A stretch of DNA of 45,775 nt from Flavobacteriales bacterium (GTDB lineage Bacteria > Bacteroidota > Bacteroidia > Flavobacteriales_E > Vicingaceae), in contig JAESST010000315.1 in the NCBI GenBank assembly GCA_016763995.1, forward strand, positions 1-45,775. The letters are read 5' to 3'. The notes under the pieces are model-generated. The model searched no databases, had not been told where the DNA came from, and saw nothing but the letters and a program-made list of their open reading frames with translations. Position 1 is the first letter of the stretch. The number at the start of each line of letters is the position of its first letter. Below are positions 1-9,450 of the stretch, piece after piece. The translations under genes were made by a program, and so were the position numbers.

Positions 1-1008
1 GAAAAAGAGTTAAGGCAAGAAGTTACACTGGCCAAGAAGGCGATAACTCAAGATAAGGTGAGCATAGGTTTAATTGGGGCAGGCTCATTCGCACAAAATT
101 TTTTACTGCCTATTTTAAAAGGTAAAGTAGATTTAGTTGGTATAGCTACAGCAAGACCAACCAGTGCAAAATACATCGCCGACAAGTATCATTTCGGATT
201 TTGTACCAATGATGCTAATTCATTAGCTAAAAGCGATAAACTAAACACTATTTTTATTGCTACTAGACACAATGCACATGCACAATATGTAGTAGAAGGC
301 TTAAGGGCAAATAAGAATGTATTTGTTGAAAAACCACTTTGCTTAAACGAAGAAGAATTAGAGCAAATTAAAGATGTTTATAAGAATAGTAAAGGCTCTT
401 TGATGATTGGCTTTAATAGGAGATTTGCTCCTTTTACGGAAAAGATAAAAAAGTTTATGGGCTCAGAATTTCCCATGTCAATTAATTATAGAATTAATGC
501 AGGGCAGTTACCAGCAGACCACTGGGTACATGATCCAAAAGTTGGAGGAGGCAGAATTGTTGGAGAAGCATGTCATTTTATTGATTTGGTTCAACATTTA
601 ACAAATAGTCACATTAAAAGTGTAGCAGCAAATGCAGTAGTAAACTCAGAGAATTTGCATGATAATGTAGCCATTAGCTTGGAATTGCAGAATGGCAGTA
701 TTGCTACTGTCTCTTATTTCTCCAATGGAAGTAAGCAAGTCTCTAAAGAATATATAGAAGTGTTTTCGGCAAATAAAACGGCCATTATAGATGACTTTAA
801 AAAACTGACTTTGGCGGACAATCAAGTTCAAAATTTTAAAGGAGATCAGGATAAAGGTTATGATCAAGAAATTAGTCAATTCGTGAAAACAATTGTAGAA
901 GGAACAGAAGCACCAATTCCAGCAGAAGAACTATTCTTGTCTACTTTGGCTTCTTTCAAAGTAATAGAATCGATCCAAAAGAACGGTGAGAAAATCATTA
1001 TTTCCTAG
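1..1008 (+). CDS. Gfo/Idh/MocA-family NAD(P)-dependent oxidoreductase domain, 5'-truncated by the window edge (probably the C-terminal half of a bi-domain oxidoreductase)
   Basis: Frame 1 is open from nt 1, with no stop before the listed GTG at 58, so the gene begins upstream. Rossmann motif IGLIGAGSFAQNFLLP and VFVEKPLCL (EKP motif) are typical of the family. It sits at the head of a sugar-biosynthesis gene string. Confidence 0.7.
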   Translation, partial: EKELRQEVTLAKKAITQDKVSIGLIGAGSFAQNFLLPILKGKVDLVGIATARPTSAKYIADKYHFGFCTNDANSLAKSDKLNTIFIATRHNAHAQYVVEGLRANKNVFVEKPLCLNEEELEQIKDVYKNSKGSLMIGFNRRFAPFTEKIKKFMGSEFPMSINYRINAGQLPADHWVHDPKVGGGRIVGEACHFIDLVQHLTNSHIKSVAANAVVNSENLHDNVAISLELQNGSIATVSYFSNGSKQVSKEYIEVFSANKTAIIDDFKKLTLADNQVQNFKGDQDKGYDQEISQFVKTIVEGTEAPIPAEELFLSTLASFKVIESIQKNGEKIIIS

Positions 1009-1014
1009 ACCGGT

Positions 1015-2199
1015 ATGACTGAGACCAAAGAAAACTCCGTTTATCGAAAAGCAAAAAATAAGCTACAACAATACATAGAGAAAGAAAAATTCAAGGGTTA
1101 TGACCCTTACGATACTCTTAATTCTTGGGTCCCATTTGGCTGGCTAGGAAAGTGGGGGAAACCTATTGGGATTCAAATTCAAAAACGTAATCCGATTAAT
1201 GTTAGATCGTTAATTGGGATTAGAAAAGAATATAACCCAAAGGCAATAGGACTGTTATTGCATGCATACAGTATAATGTATCAGCAGCAGAAGAGTAATG
1301 ATGTAAAAGAAAAGCTTGATTTTTTATTTAATTGGTTAATCGAAAATCGGACCGTTAATTTTAACCATTACTGTTGGGGCTATAATTTTGATTGGGCTAG
1401 TTCAGAAAAATTATTGCCGGCTTATTCGCCTACTATTGTGGTCAGTGGTTTTATCTCTAAAGGGATTGTAGCTTATTACGAAGCTACTAAAGACCCTAAA
1501 GCTTTAAAGATTTTAATCAGTATTGGAAACTTTATAGAAGAGAATTTGGCATTATCTAAAGACGCTTCGGGAATTTGTTTTAGTTATAGTACCATAGAGA
1601 AAGATTGCTGTTACAATGCAAGTATGTTGGGTAGTGAGCTGTTTGCAACGCTTTATTATTATACCAAGGAAGACAGGTATAAAGACTTGGCATTAAAATC
1701 AACTGATTTTGTTGTAGATAAGCAGAAGGATGATGGTAGGTGGAATTACAGTATTAAACTTGATACGGGAAAAGAGCGAACTCAAATTGACTTTCACCAA
1801 GGATATGTTTTGGATAGTTTAGCAAGTGTTGTGAAATACATTCCGACTAGTGCGACCAAATATACTGAGGCTTTAAAATTGGGATTAAGCTATTATAAAA
1901 AATATCAGTTTTTAGATAATGGACAATCTTACTACAGAGTACCGAAAAAATGGCCGGTAGAAATTCATAATCAAGCCCAAGGAATTATAACATTTTCTAG
2001 GTTAAGTAATTTAAATTCAGGAGATTTGAGTTTTTCAAAAGAAATAGCCAATTATACAATAAAAAATATGTTTTCGCCACAAGGGTACTTCTTCTACAAA
2101 AAATACCCTTGGGTAAGCATTAAAACACCTTTTATGAGATGGTCTCAAGCTTGGATGTTTTTAGCATTGAATGAATTAGAGTTTGCATCAAATAAATAG
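1015..2199 (+). CDS. hypothetical soluble protein of the polysaccharide locus, family not recognised
   Basis: ATG lies 7 nt after the upstream stop. The ORF is 394 aa with no TM segment and has W/Y-rich motifs (WGYNFDWAS, RWSQAWMF). It is co-directional and tightly packed with sugar-locus genes. Confidence 0.5.
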   Translation: MTETKENSVYRKAKNKLQQYIEKEKFKGYDPYDTLNSWVPFGWLGKWGKPIGIQIQKRNPINVRSLIGIRKEYNPKAIGLLLHAYSIMYQQQKSNDVKEKLDFLFNWLIENRTVNFNHYCWGYNFDWASSEKLLPAYSPTIVVSGFISKGIVAYYEATKDPKALKILISIGNFIEENLALSKDASGICFSYSTIEKDCCYNASMLGSELFATLYYYTKEDRYKDLALKSTDFVVDKQKDDGRWNYSIKLDTGKERTQIDFHQGYVLDSLASVVKYIPTSATKYTEALKLGLSYYKKYQFLDNGQSYYRVPKKWPVEIHNQAQGIITFSRLSNLNSGDLSFSKEIANYTIKNMFSPQGYFFYKKYPWVSIKTPFMRWSQAWMFLALNELEFASNK

Positions 2200-2207
2200 A
2201 CAGGAGC

Positions 2208-3293
2208 ATGAAATTTATTTTTTACATTGGACATCCTGCGCATTACCATAACTTTTCTAATGTTTCTAAAAACTTAGCAGATAAAGGACATCAAATTGTT
2301 TGGGTAGTAAGAGAAAAGGATGTTTTATTTGAGTTAACCAAAGGAACTCCGTATAAAACTTATTTTATAAAAGAGAAAGCCCCTAAAAATAAATGGGGTA
2401 GGATCTTACGTATTCTGAAGCGTGAACTGATCATGTTTTTTATTATGTTAAAGTTTCGGCCGGATATGAGTATAGGAACTGATTTAGTGATTACCCATAT
2501 TGGTAAAATCTTAAATATACCATCTATTATTGTAAATGAAGACGATGCAGAAGCAGTGCCTTTGTTTGCTAATATGGGAATGAAGTATGCAAGTACTATT
2601 TTGGCTCCTGAATCTTGTTCAGTTAGCCCCTATGAGGCAAAGAGCGTTCTCTACAAAGGCTATCAAGAATTAGCGTATTTACATCCTAATTATTTTATAC
2701 CAAATCGGAAAAAAATAGAAGAGCTCTTTGGTGGAAGAGAAAAATATTTTTTACTGCGCTTTGCCTCTTTGACAGCTCATCACGACGATGGAATGAATGG
2801 AATAGATGATGCTTTAGCTAGAAAGATTATTGCTATACTGGAAACAAAAGGGAAAGTGTGGATTACTTCTGAAAGACCTTTGTCTGAAGAGTTTGAGCAG
2901 TATCGAATTGCAATTCCTGCCAAAGAGATACATCATGCCATGTATTTTGCATCACTTTACATTGGAGATAGCCAAACAATGGCAGCAGAAGCAGCAGTAC
3001 TAGGAACGCCTTCTTTACGATTTAATGATTTTGTTGGTAAATTAGGTTACCTAGAAGAATTAGAACACAAGTATCAGCTTACTTTTGGATTTCTTACAGA
3101 TAAGGCCGATGAATTAATAGATAAGATAAAGGAAATAATTTCCTTATCAGATTCGGAGTCAATATGGAAGGAGAGAAAAGAATATCTTTTAAAAAATACC
3201 ATCGATGTAACAGTATTTTGGACTCAGTTTTTTGAGAATTATCCGGATAGTGTTCTTCAATTGAAAAATGAAAAGAGTAATTTCGAAAATTAG
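2208..3293 (+). CDS. DUF354-family protein (glycosyltransferase/epimerase-like)
   Basis: The N-terminus MKFIFYIGHPAHYHNF and the ~360-aa size match my recollection of DUF354 proteins, which occur in surface-polysaccharide loci. Its stop abuts the next start (TAG ATG). Confidence 0.55.
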   Translation: MKFIFYIGHPAHYHNFSNVSKNLADKGHQIVWVVREKDVLFELTKGTPYKTYFIKEKAPKNKWGRILRILKRELIMFFIMLKFRPDMSIGTDLVITHIGKILNIPSIIVNEDDAEAVPLFANMGMKYASTILAPESCSVSPYEAKSVLYKGYQELAYLHPNYFIPNRKKIEELFGGREKYFLLRFASLTAHHDDGMNGIDDALARKIIAILETKGKVWITSERPLSEEFEQYRIAIPAKEIHHAMYFASLYIGDSQTMAAEAAVLGTPSLRFNDFVGKLGYLEELEHKYQLTFGFLTDKADELIDKIKEIISLSDSESIWKERKEYLLKNTIDVTVFWTQFFENYPDSVLQLKNEKSNFEN

Positions 3294-4382
3294 ATGCAGG
3301 TAGTAAGTAGAAATTATAATCACTTTCAAGATAATTTATTGCTAAAAGGTATTAAAGATGAGGAGACTATTGAGTTTATATCTAAATCAATAGAAGGGAA
3401 AAATGTAGACAGAACAGCTGTTTTATCTGTAGACAATAGATTCTCTATAGATAACTTACATGATTTAAGTGGAAACGACACACAATATTCTGCTATTCTT
3501 AACCTAAGAAAAGGGAATGATATTAAACATTTAACGAATTTTTACGGAGCCGTTAATGAGAAGTTAGAAGTTGGAGGAAGATTTGTAACTTGTGTAGAGA
3601 CTGCTTTGTTTAGAAAAGAACGTTTGTATAAAAAGTTTCCACCCATTATCAACTCTCTTTATTATTTTGTGGATTACCTAACCAAGAGAGTGGCTCCTAA
3701 ACTACCTGTTCTTCGGAACATATACTTTTTTATTACCGCAGATAGAAATAGAGTATTAACATCTGTGGAAGTATTAGGACGATTGGTGTATTGTGGATTT
3801 AAAATTGTTGAAACAAAAAAGATTAATAACCTTTTATATATCACGGTAGAGAAAGAAGAAGACAGGAAGGATGTAGAGTCTAAAAATTATGGTTTCTTTT
3901 TTAAAATGAAACGTACAGGTTTAAATGGGAAACCAATTCATGTATATAAAATAAGGACCATGAATGCCTATTCTGAATATTTGCAAGGTTATATATATCA
4001 AACAAATAGCTTGGACTCAGGAGGTAAGTTTAAAGATGACTATAGAGTGAATTTCATGGGAAATATCTTTCGTAAATTATGGATTGATGAATTACCAATG
4101 ATATATAATTTACTTAAAGGAGATATAAAGCTAGTAGGAGTGAGACCATTGAGTCAGCACTATTTAAGTTTATATTCGAATGACATTAGGCTTCGTAGGT
4201 CGAAATTCAAGCCGGGATTAGTTCCTCCTTATTACGTTGATATGCCAAAGACTATCGATGAGATTATGGCATCTGAGATGAAGTATTTTGAGGCTTATGA
4301 AAAGAGCCCTTTTTTAACCGACGTTAAATACTTCTTTAAAGCTGCTAAGAACATTATTATTAAAAAGGCTCGAAGCAAGTAA
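3294..4382 (+). CDS. polyprenyl-phosphate sugar-phosphate transferase (bacterial sugar transferase domain) with a ~190-aa N-terminal extension
   Basis: C-terminal hallmarks are KPIHVYKIRTM, DELPMIYNLLKGDIKLVGVRPL and KPGLVPPYY (WbaP/EpsL-type Bac_transf domain). The N-terminal part contains a GGRFV segment reminiscent of methyltransferase-like folds. Confidence 0.75.
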   Translation: MQVVSRNYNHFQDNLLLKGIKDEETIEFISKSIEGKNVDRTAVLSVDNRFSIDNLHDLSGNDTQYSAILNLRKGNDIKHLTNFYGAVNEKLEVGGRFVTCVETALFRKERLYKKFPPIINSLYYFVDYLTKRVAPKLPVLRNIYFFITADRNRVLTSVEVLGRLVYCGFKIVETKKINNLLYITVEKEEDRKDVESKNYGFFFKMKRTGLNGKPIHVYKIRTMNAYSEYLQGYIYQTNSLDSGGKFKDDYRVNFMGNIFRKLWIDELPMIYNLLKGDIKLVGVRPLSQHYLSLYSNDIRLRRSKFKPGLVPPYYVDMPKTIDEIMASEMKYFEAYEKSPFLTDVKYFFKAAKNIIIKKARSK

Positions 4383-4393
4383 ATTAGTTCTTC

Positions 4394-5992
4394 ATGTCAA
4401 CCTTAATTCGTTTTCTAATAGTATTAACACTAGTCTTTGCTACTTCTTTTAAAATAGTAGCTCAAGTGGTGAATCATGATTTAGCGAAGCAAACAGTTTA
4501 TGAATATTTAGACGAGTTGGCTAATCTTCAATTGATAGAACTCAATACTTTAATTAAGCCCTATTCTCGCCAACTGATAGCGAAAAAATTGAAGGCAGTA
4601 GACAAAACTTTATTGAACAAAAGACAATTAAAGGAGTTAGAGTTCTATCTAAGAGATTTCAATAAGGAGACACATTCAAATAAGGAATTTGATAAACGAT
4701 ATGATCTTTTTTATTACAAAGATTCATTGTTCTCTATAACACTAAATCCAATCATGGGTGGAAGAATATGGAACAATGAAAATGGAGTTAACTTTCATAG
4801 AAGAAATGGAGGAGAAGTGTTTGGTTCCGTTGGGAAGAGCTGGGGCTATTGTCTTGCTTTGCATGATAATAGCGAAAAAGAGCTATTGCAAAACGAACTA
4901 TATCTAAACAATGACCCAGCAGCGGTATATAAAAGTAGCGGAGATTTTAGTGATCTACGAGCAGGTTTAACTTATGCATGGGGATGGGGTTCAATTGCTT
5001 TGTTAAAGGATAATTTTACCTGGGGAAACAATAACTTTGGAGCAAACATTATTTCTAATAAAGTACCCTCCTTTGCAAGAGTAGAATTAAAATTAAGCCC
5101 TGTTAAATGGTTAGATTTTACCTACTATCACGGCTGGTTAGCATCAGGAGTTAGAGATAGTTCAAGAGCTTATACTGCAGGAGCTAGGCAACGGAGTATT
5201 GATGTAAGAAAATACATAGCGGCTAATTTTGTAAGTATAAAACCAGTAAAACACTTCAATGTATCACTAGGTAACTCTATTGTCTACAGCGATAATATTC
5301 AAGCTGCATTTTTCATTCCTTTTGCCTTTTTCAAGTCTATAGACCATGTTGTTTATTCCGGATCAGGGAATTTTGGCGGACAGAATACCCAACTATTTTT
5401 GGATATTAGTTCAAGGAATATTAAAGGGATTCACTTGTATGTCTCCGTTTATGTTGATGAAATTTCATTTTCAAGATTTTGGAGCAAGAGTCAGCATTCT
5501 AATTTTGTGAGTGGGAAATTGGGAGCTCAGTGGAGTAATATATTAAATAAAAATATACAACTTACTGTAGAGTATACAAGAACAAACCCGGTAACCTATA
5601 ATCACTTTGTAAATACCACCACCTATGCTTCAAACGGGTATAGCTTAGGTCATTATTTGCGAGACAATGCTCAAGAATTTGCTGTAGAGTTGAGTGTTAA
5701 GCCAATTGCCAGGTTAAACCTTAAAGCAAGTTATATTTTGGCTCAAAAGGGTTTGGTGTATGAATATTTAGGAACCAATACAGATGTTTGGGGTTTGTCT
5801 TTCTTGAAAGACAAACGATGGGAGAGCAGTAGAGTGCTAATTAGTGCTGGATATGAACTCTTCAACGACGTTCGACTATTTGTCGATTATCAATATCGAA
5901 ATAACAGAGGAGTTGACCAATTACTATATAGCCCCGAATATTCTCAGGGAGAAACTAACACGGTTTCTTTTGGGGCAACAATAGGTTTCTAA
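4394..5992 (+). CDS. capsule-assembly Wzi-family outer-membrane protein
   Basis: Signal peptide MSTLIRFLIVLTLVFATSFKIVAQ. N-terminal helical motif YEYLDELANLQLIE...KPYSRQLIAKKL as in Wzi. The body is beta-strand rich and ends in an aromatic residue (ATIGF), typical of OM beta-barrels. Confidence 0.65.
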   Translation: MSTLIRFLIVLTLVFATSFKIVAQVVNHDLAKQTVYEYLDELANLQLIELNTLIKPYSRQLIAKKLKAVDKTLLNKRQLKELEFYLRDFNKETHSNKEFDKRYDLFYYKDSLFSITLNPIMGGRIWNNENGVNFHRRNGGEVFGSVGKSWGYCLALHDNSEKELLQNELYLNNDPAAVYKSSGDFSDLRAGLTYAWGWGSIALLKDNFTWGNNNFGANIISNKVPSFARVELKLSPVKWLDFTYYHGWLASGVRDSSRAYTAGARQRSIDVRKYIAANFVSIKPVKHFNVSLGNSIVYSDNIQAAFFIPFAFFKSIDHVVYSGSGNFGGQNTQLFLDISSRNIKGIHLYVSVYVDEISFSRFWSKSQHSNFVSGKLGAQWSNILNKNIQLTVEYTRTNPVTYNHFVNTTTYASNGYSLGHYLRDNAQEFAVELSVKPIARLNLKASYILAQKGLVYEYLGTNTDVWGLSFLKDKRWESSRVLISAGYELFNDVRLFVDYQYRNNRGVDQLLYSPEYSQGETNTVSFGATIGF

Positions 5993-6000
5993 CTTAAAAT

Positions 6001-7656
6001 TTAAATCTTGGAAATGAATTCGTAAATGTCTTGTTCGGGTGGAAGTTCTAACTTTTTACGAAGTCTATGCCTTAGTTTTCTTACAGAAGAAGGATGAATG
6101 TTACGTATAACTGCAATTTCTTTCCCATCTAAACGCAATCGAATTAAGCCACAAAGTTCTCTTTCTGATTTAGTCAATTTTGGATGTGTTTTGTCTAATT
6201 GAGCGAAGAAGGCTGAGTTTACCTCTTTAATCCCTTTTTGTTGTAAACTTACTTTATCGTATACGCCTGACTTTTGCTTTAATTCTCTGATGATGTTTTT
6301 AAGTTGTACTGGATCAATGCTTTCTTTTAATTTTCTTAATTCTTCAAGCTGAGTAATTAATTCTTGGCTCCAATCTTCTTTTAAAGAAATCTGCATTATT
6401 AAATCAGAAAAGTCATTGGATTTATGTTGTAAATCTTTGCTTAGCCTTTCATTTTCTAGTTCTGTTAGTTTTAGTCTTTGTTCTTTCAATTGCCTTTCGG
6501 CAGATTCAATTTTAGTTTTTCTCTTGGCGGTAGATCTTATGAGTAAACTGATAACTATAAAAGTGCCAATAAGAAATGCAATTAAAAAACTCTTTCTTTT
6601 ATTGTCTTCTTTGGATTTTAGCGCTTTATCTTTCTCAAGTTCAATTTCTCGATCGGCTGAAATTAGAAAGTAATCCGACATGGTGGCATTTAATAAAACA
6701 CGCTGCTCTTCTTCCCGTTTTAGTTCAATGGTTTTTAGGGAATCTAATATTCTATATTCCTTCAATATTAATGAACTTGTTTTAGAATGTTTTACCAGTC
6801 TAAGCTTGGCTTCATGGTACTTTAATTGGGTTTTAAAATACCAATTGTGTTGTCCAAATTGAAGGTAGGGTTTCATCGTGATTAGTAAGTTCTCTGCCTC
6901 TTGCCAATTCCCATTTTTGATAAGAATATCAAACAGCTTAAAGCCAAATTTCATTGCTTTTTTATATCGTTTGGGTCTCTTTGATAATAAATTAAAGTTG
7001 CTTTTTAAGAGAGAAAGACCCTTTAAACTATCCTTTTTGTGGAAGTAGTAGTTAGCTTTATTATCATTGATACTGGTTAAAAAGACACTATCGCTTTCAT
7101 CGTTAAATAATAAAGCATTAGAAGCTTTATGATAGTATTGGAATGCCTTTTCCCAATCTTTCTTTTTTTCATAAAGCATTCCTAGGTTATTTAATGAACT
7201 TGCTTCGTAAATTTTCTTGCCGTGTAAATAAGCAGACTTATTTGCCAATTGAAAATACCGTAAAGCAGAATCTAATTCGCCAGCTCGTAAGTAATCAGAC
7301 GCAAGTCTGCCTGCGTTCAAAATGTAGTTTGCCGTAGCAAACTGATCATTTTTGACTATAATATCTAACAGCCGTCTCAAATGTTTTTTTGCGTTTTTTG
7401 GTTGATTCACTATTCTAAAAGCACCAATGAATTTAAGCTGTATTTGCTGTTCTAATTTATCGTCATTGATTTGATGCTCGAGAAATAGTTTCTCTGCAAT
7501 CATGGCATGAAATATTGCTTTATCACCCCTTAAACTTATGGTTGTTGCTTCTTCAGATTTTTTGAGGTGACCTTTTATTATTGCAACGTGTTCCTCATTT
7601 TTTGCATGGACAGAAATTAGGCTAATAATAAAAAAGGAAAGTATAAAATACCTCAT
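6001..7656 (-). CDS. transmembrane TPR-repeat regulator with C-terminal LuxR/GerE-type HTH
   Basis: Signal-like N-terminus MRYFILSFFIISLISVHA and TPR-like repeats (e.g. EASSLNNLGMLYEKKKDWEKAFQYYHKA). One central TM helix (FLIAFLIGTFIVISLLI) is followed by a coiled coil. C-terminal LTKSERELCGLIRLRLDGKEIAVIRNIHPSSVRKLRHRLRKKL is a LuxR-type HTH. Confidence 0.65.
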   Translation of the reverse strand: MRYFILSFFIISLISVHAKNEEHVAIIKGHLKKSEEATTISLRGDKAIFHAMIAEKLFLEHQINDDKLEQQIQLKFIGAFRIVNQPKNAKKHLRRLLDIIVKNDQFATANYILNAGRLASDYLRAGELDSALRYFQLANKSAYLHGKKIYEASSLNNLGMLYEKKKDWEKAFQYYHKASNALLFNDESDSVFLTSINDNKANYYFHKKDSLKGLSLLKSNFNLLSKRPKRYKKAMKFGFKLFDILIKNGNWQEAENLLITMKPYLQFGQHNWYFKTQLKYHEAKLRLVKHSKTSSLILKEYRILDSLKTIELKREEEQRVLLNATMSDYFLISADREIELEKDKALKSKEDNKRKSFLIAFLIGTFIVISLLIRSTAKRKTKIESAERQLKEQRLKLTELENERLSKDLQHKSNDFSDLIMQISLKEDWSQELITQLEELRKLKESIDPVQLKNIIRELKQKSGVYDKVSLQQKGIKEVNSAFFAQLDKTHPKLTKSERELCGLIRLRLDGKEIAVIRNIHPSSVRKLRHRLRKKLELPPEQDIYEFISKI

Positions 7657-8331
7657 AATTAATCATAAATCAGAGAGATAAAATTAGTGAAAGAATTGTC
7701 ATTAATGCGTGACAGTTTTGTTTGTCCCCCCTTTGTGACGTTAAATGTACAGGATTCTAATATGAGATGTTATAACATTGTGCTTTAGAAATGGAATAAT
7801 TAAACAGAACTGTCAATTTATAATAATGGAAATAGAATGTATTCTAAAATCAATAAGAACAATTCTTTCAAAGATTGAGGGAGTAATCTAAGGTCTTTAT
7901 CAAATTTATCAGAAGAGTCAGATTTTTATTTTCACTTGAGTCTAACTAGGGTGGAGTTTGAAATTGTGATTGAAGAAATTGAGAAGTACTACCTGTTAGA
8001 TTTGGAGAGAAATGCATTGAAGCATACGGCAATGAAATGGTGGATTCTAAGATTTCTACAATTTGGGAAAACAAAAAAGGGAGGCAAGTTATGATAAATT
8101 AAAGTACGCAGCCTAATGTCATTAATGAAACTCACAGCTATGAAATTTTTAATTCTATTCGTTGTTCTAATTTCTTACCTATTTTTATCTGTGGTTAATT
8201 TTTTGGAAAGGAAGCCTCAGACATATATTTAGCTTTTATTGTGGTTTAGATTAAAATTTAATGTAATAAATTGAGGGTTTATCGTCTTTCGCTTTTCTGC
8301 AGTAAAACGAAAGATGAAGTTTATATTTTTG

Positions 8332-8556
8332 CTATTCTGCCAATTTATTCCCTTTTTTCATGGCATCAAAAAGAATTTCTACTACTAAGGTAAATAGCTT
8401 TTGTTCTTTTTTCTCACTCATTAATGGAATATTCACTTTCTCGTTCAAAAAGTTAGTAATTCCTTTCATGGTCTTTTTAGTTTCATCTATAGGTAGAAAA
8501 CCATCGCTCACGTCATTCATTAATTGGAGATATTCCTCAGGAAGCTTTTCTTCCAA
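8332..8556 (-). CDS. small hypothetical ORF immediately downstream of the RHS remnant (possibly orphan immunity-like or non-coding)
   Basis: 74-aa ORF with only a TTG start in the track and no ATG upstream in frame. I recognise no motif. Its position just 3' of an RHS core fragment is the only context. Confidence 0.2.
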   Translation of the reverse strand: MEEKLPEEYLQLMNDVSDGFLPIDETKKTMKGITNFLNEKVNIPLMSEKKEQKLFTLVVEILFDAMKKGNKLAE

Positions 8557-8585
8557 TTTTTCAAGTACTTTTTCTACTGCATGAG

Positions 8586-8985
8586 AAAAGACTCTTTCTC
8601 CACATATTGGTAGCGTTTTTAGTTATAAGTCTTCAGAGATGTATCTCCAAAAGGATAATATTCTTGATGATCAATACTACTTCCGTTGCTATCTAGTCTG
8701 GTGTTAGAAGAGCCAAAATGATCGTCAAAGCTATAGACGTTCAGCATCAATATTGTCATTAAAGGCCGTTCCAATGCTTACTTGTGCAATTCGAATTGCA
8801 TCGTCCATGATGTGAACAAGATTTTGTTCTTTGTCTTCTCCATCTTTTTGTTCTAGGGGTATTCAAATATTCCATCTATATAAACGCTTACTTCTTTGTT
8901 GCCTTGTTGATCAAAAACTATTTTCTTTACTCGATTTCCACCAGCATCATACAAATAATGAACATAGATAGAGGCTTCTTCTCCC
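8586..8985 (-). pseudogene. remnant of an RHS/YD-repeat (Tc-toxin C-like) core, broken by frameshifts and stops
   Basis: Hand translation of the minus strand gives HYLYDAGGNRVKKIVFDQQGNKEVSVYIDGIFEYP, then (shift) LEQKDGEDKEQNLVHIMDDAIRIAQVSIGTAFNDNIDAERL. A further shift gives YSFDDHFGSSNTRLDSNGSSIDHQEYYPFGDTSLKTYN*KRYQYVEKESF. YDxxGNR repeats and the ...EEYYPFG...(K/N)RYxYxGKE core-end motif are RHS hallmarks. At least two frame changes and an in-frame TAA are present. Confidence 0.6.
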
Positions 8986-9399
8986 GCTTATTGTGGTTTG
9001 AATTTGTTAAAAATTCTAGTTGTTTGTTTTTAATAAGCAGAATCTCTGCTGAGACTAGGATTATTGGGTTTGTAATAAAATGTTAATTAACAATTATTTA
9101 GAAATGTTGTTGTTGTGTATTTAGGATAACTGAATTTTTCGTTTAAAAACTTTGCTTCCGTTTTTAATGCTAGAGCCACCCAAAAACGGAAGCTATAGGA
9201 GGGGTAGAATATAGTTCGTAAACGTTTTTTTCAATTATCCTTTTTAAGGCATTACTACCTCAAGAAATACAATCATTTTGCGATAAGGTTTGGAGTGAAT
9301 CAATGTTGTTTTACTTTCGCGTAATTACTTTGGTTCTGCAGTTTCCGCCGATAATCTATTGCGTATTTTTTATTCACCTTTGTAAATGAATTAGGATGT

Positions 9400-9439
9400 A
9401 ATAATTGATAATTATCTTTGATGATAATTATCAATTATT
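9400..9439. promoter_or_regulatory. perfect 17-bp inverted repeat (AATAATTGATAATTATC-N6-GATAATTATCAATTATT), candidate operator
   Basis: Arms at 9400-9416 and 9423-9439 are exact reverse complements. The repeat ends 12 nt before the ATG (9451) of the HTH-S24 repressor-like gene. Confidence 0.4.
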
Positions 9440-9450
9440 TTTCAAAATGA

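Noticed and set aside
8115-8231. 38-aa hydrophobic mini-ORF (MSLMKLTAMKFLILFVVLISYLFLSVVNFLERKPQTYI) in the decay patch.
   Set aside because: There is no paralogue, conserved context or motif. In AT-rich non-coding DNA, F/L/I-rich short ORFs arise readily.
9154-9193. 12-bp stem hairpin GCTTCCGTTTTT / AAAAACGGAAGC with a 16-nt loop.
   Set aside because: The structure is real but has no adjacent intact gene to terminate and only a weak T-tract on the minus strand. It is probably a relic terminator of the decayed region and is not reported as a feature.
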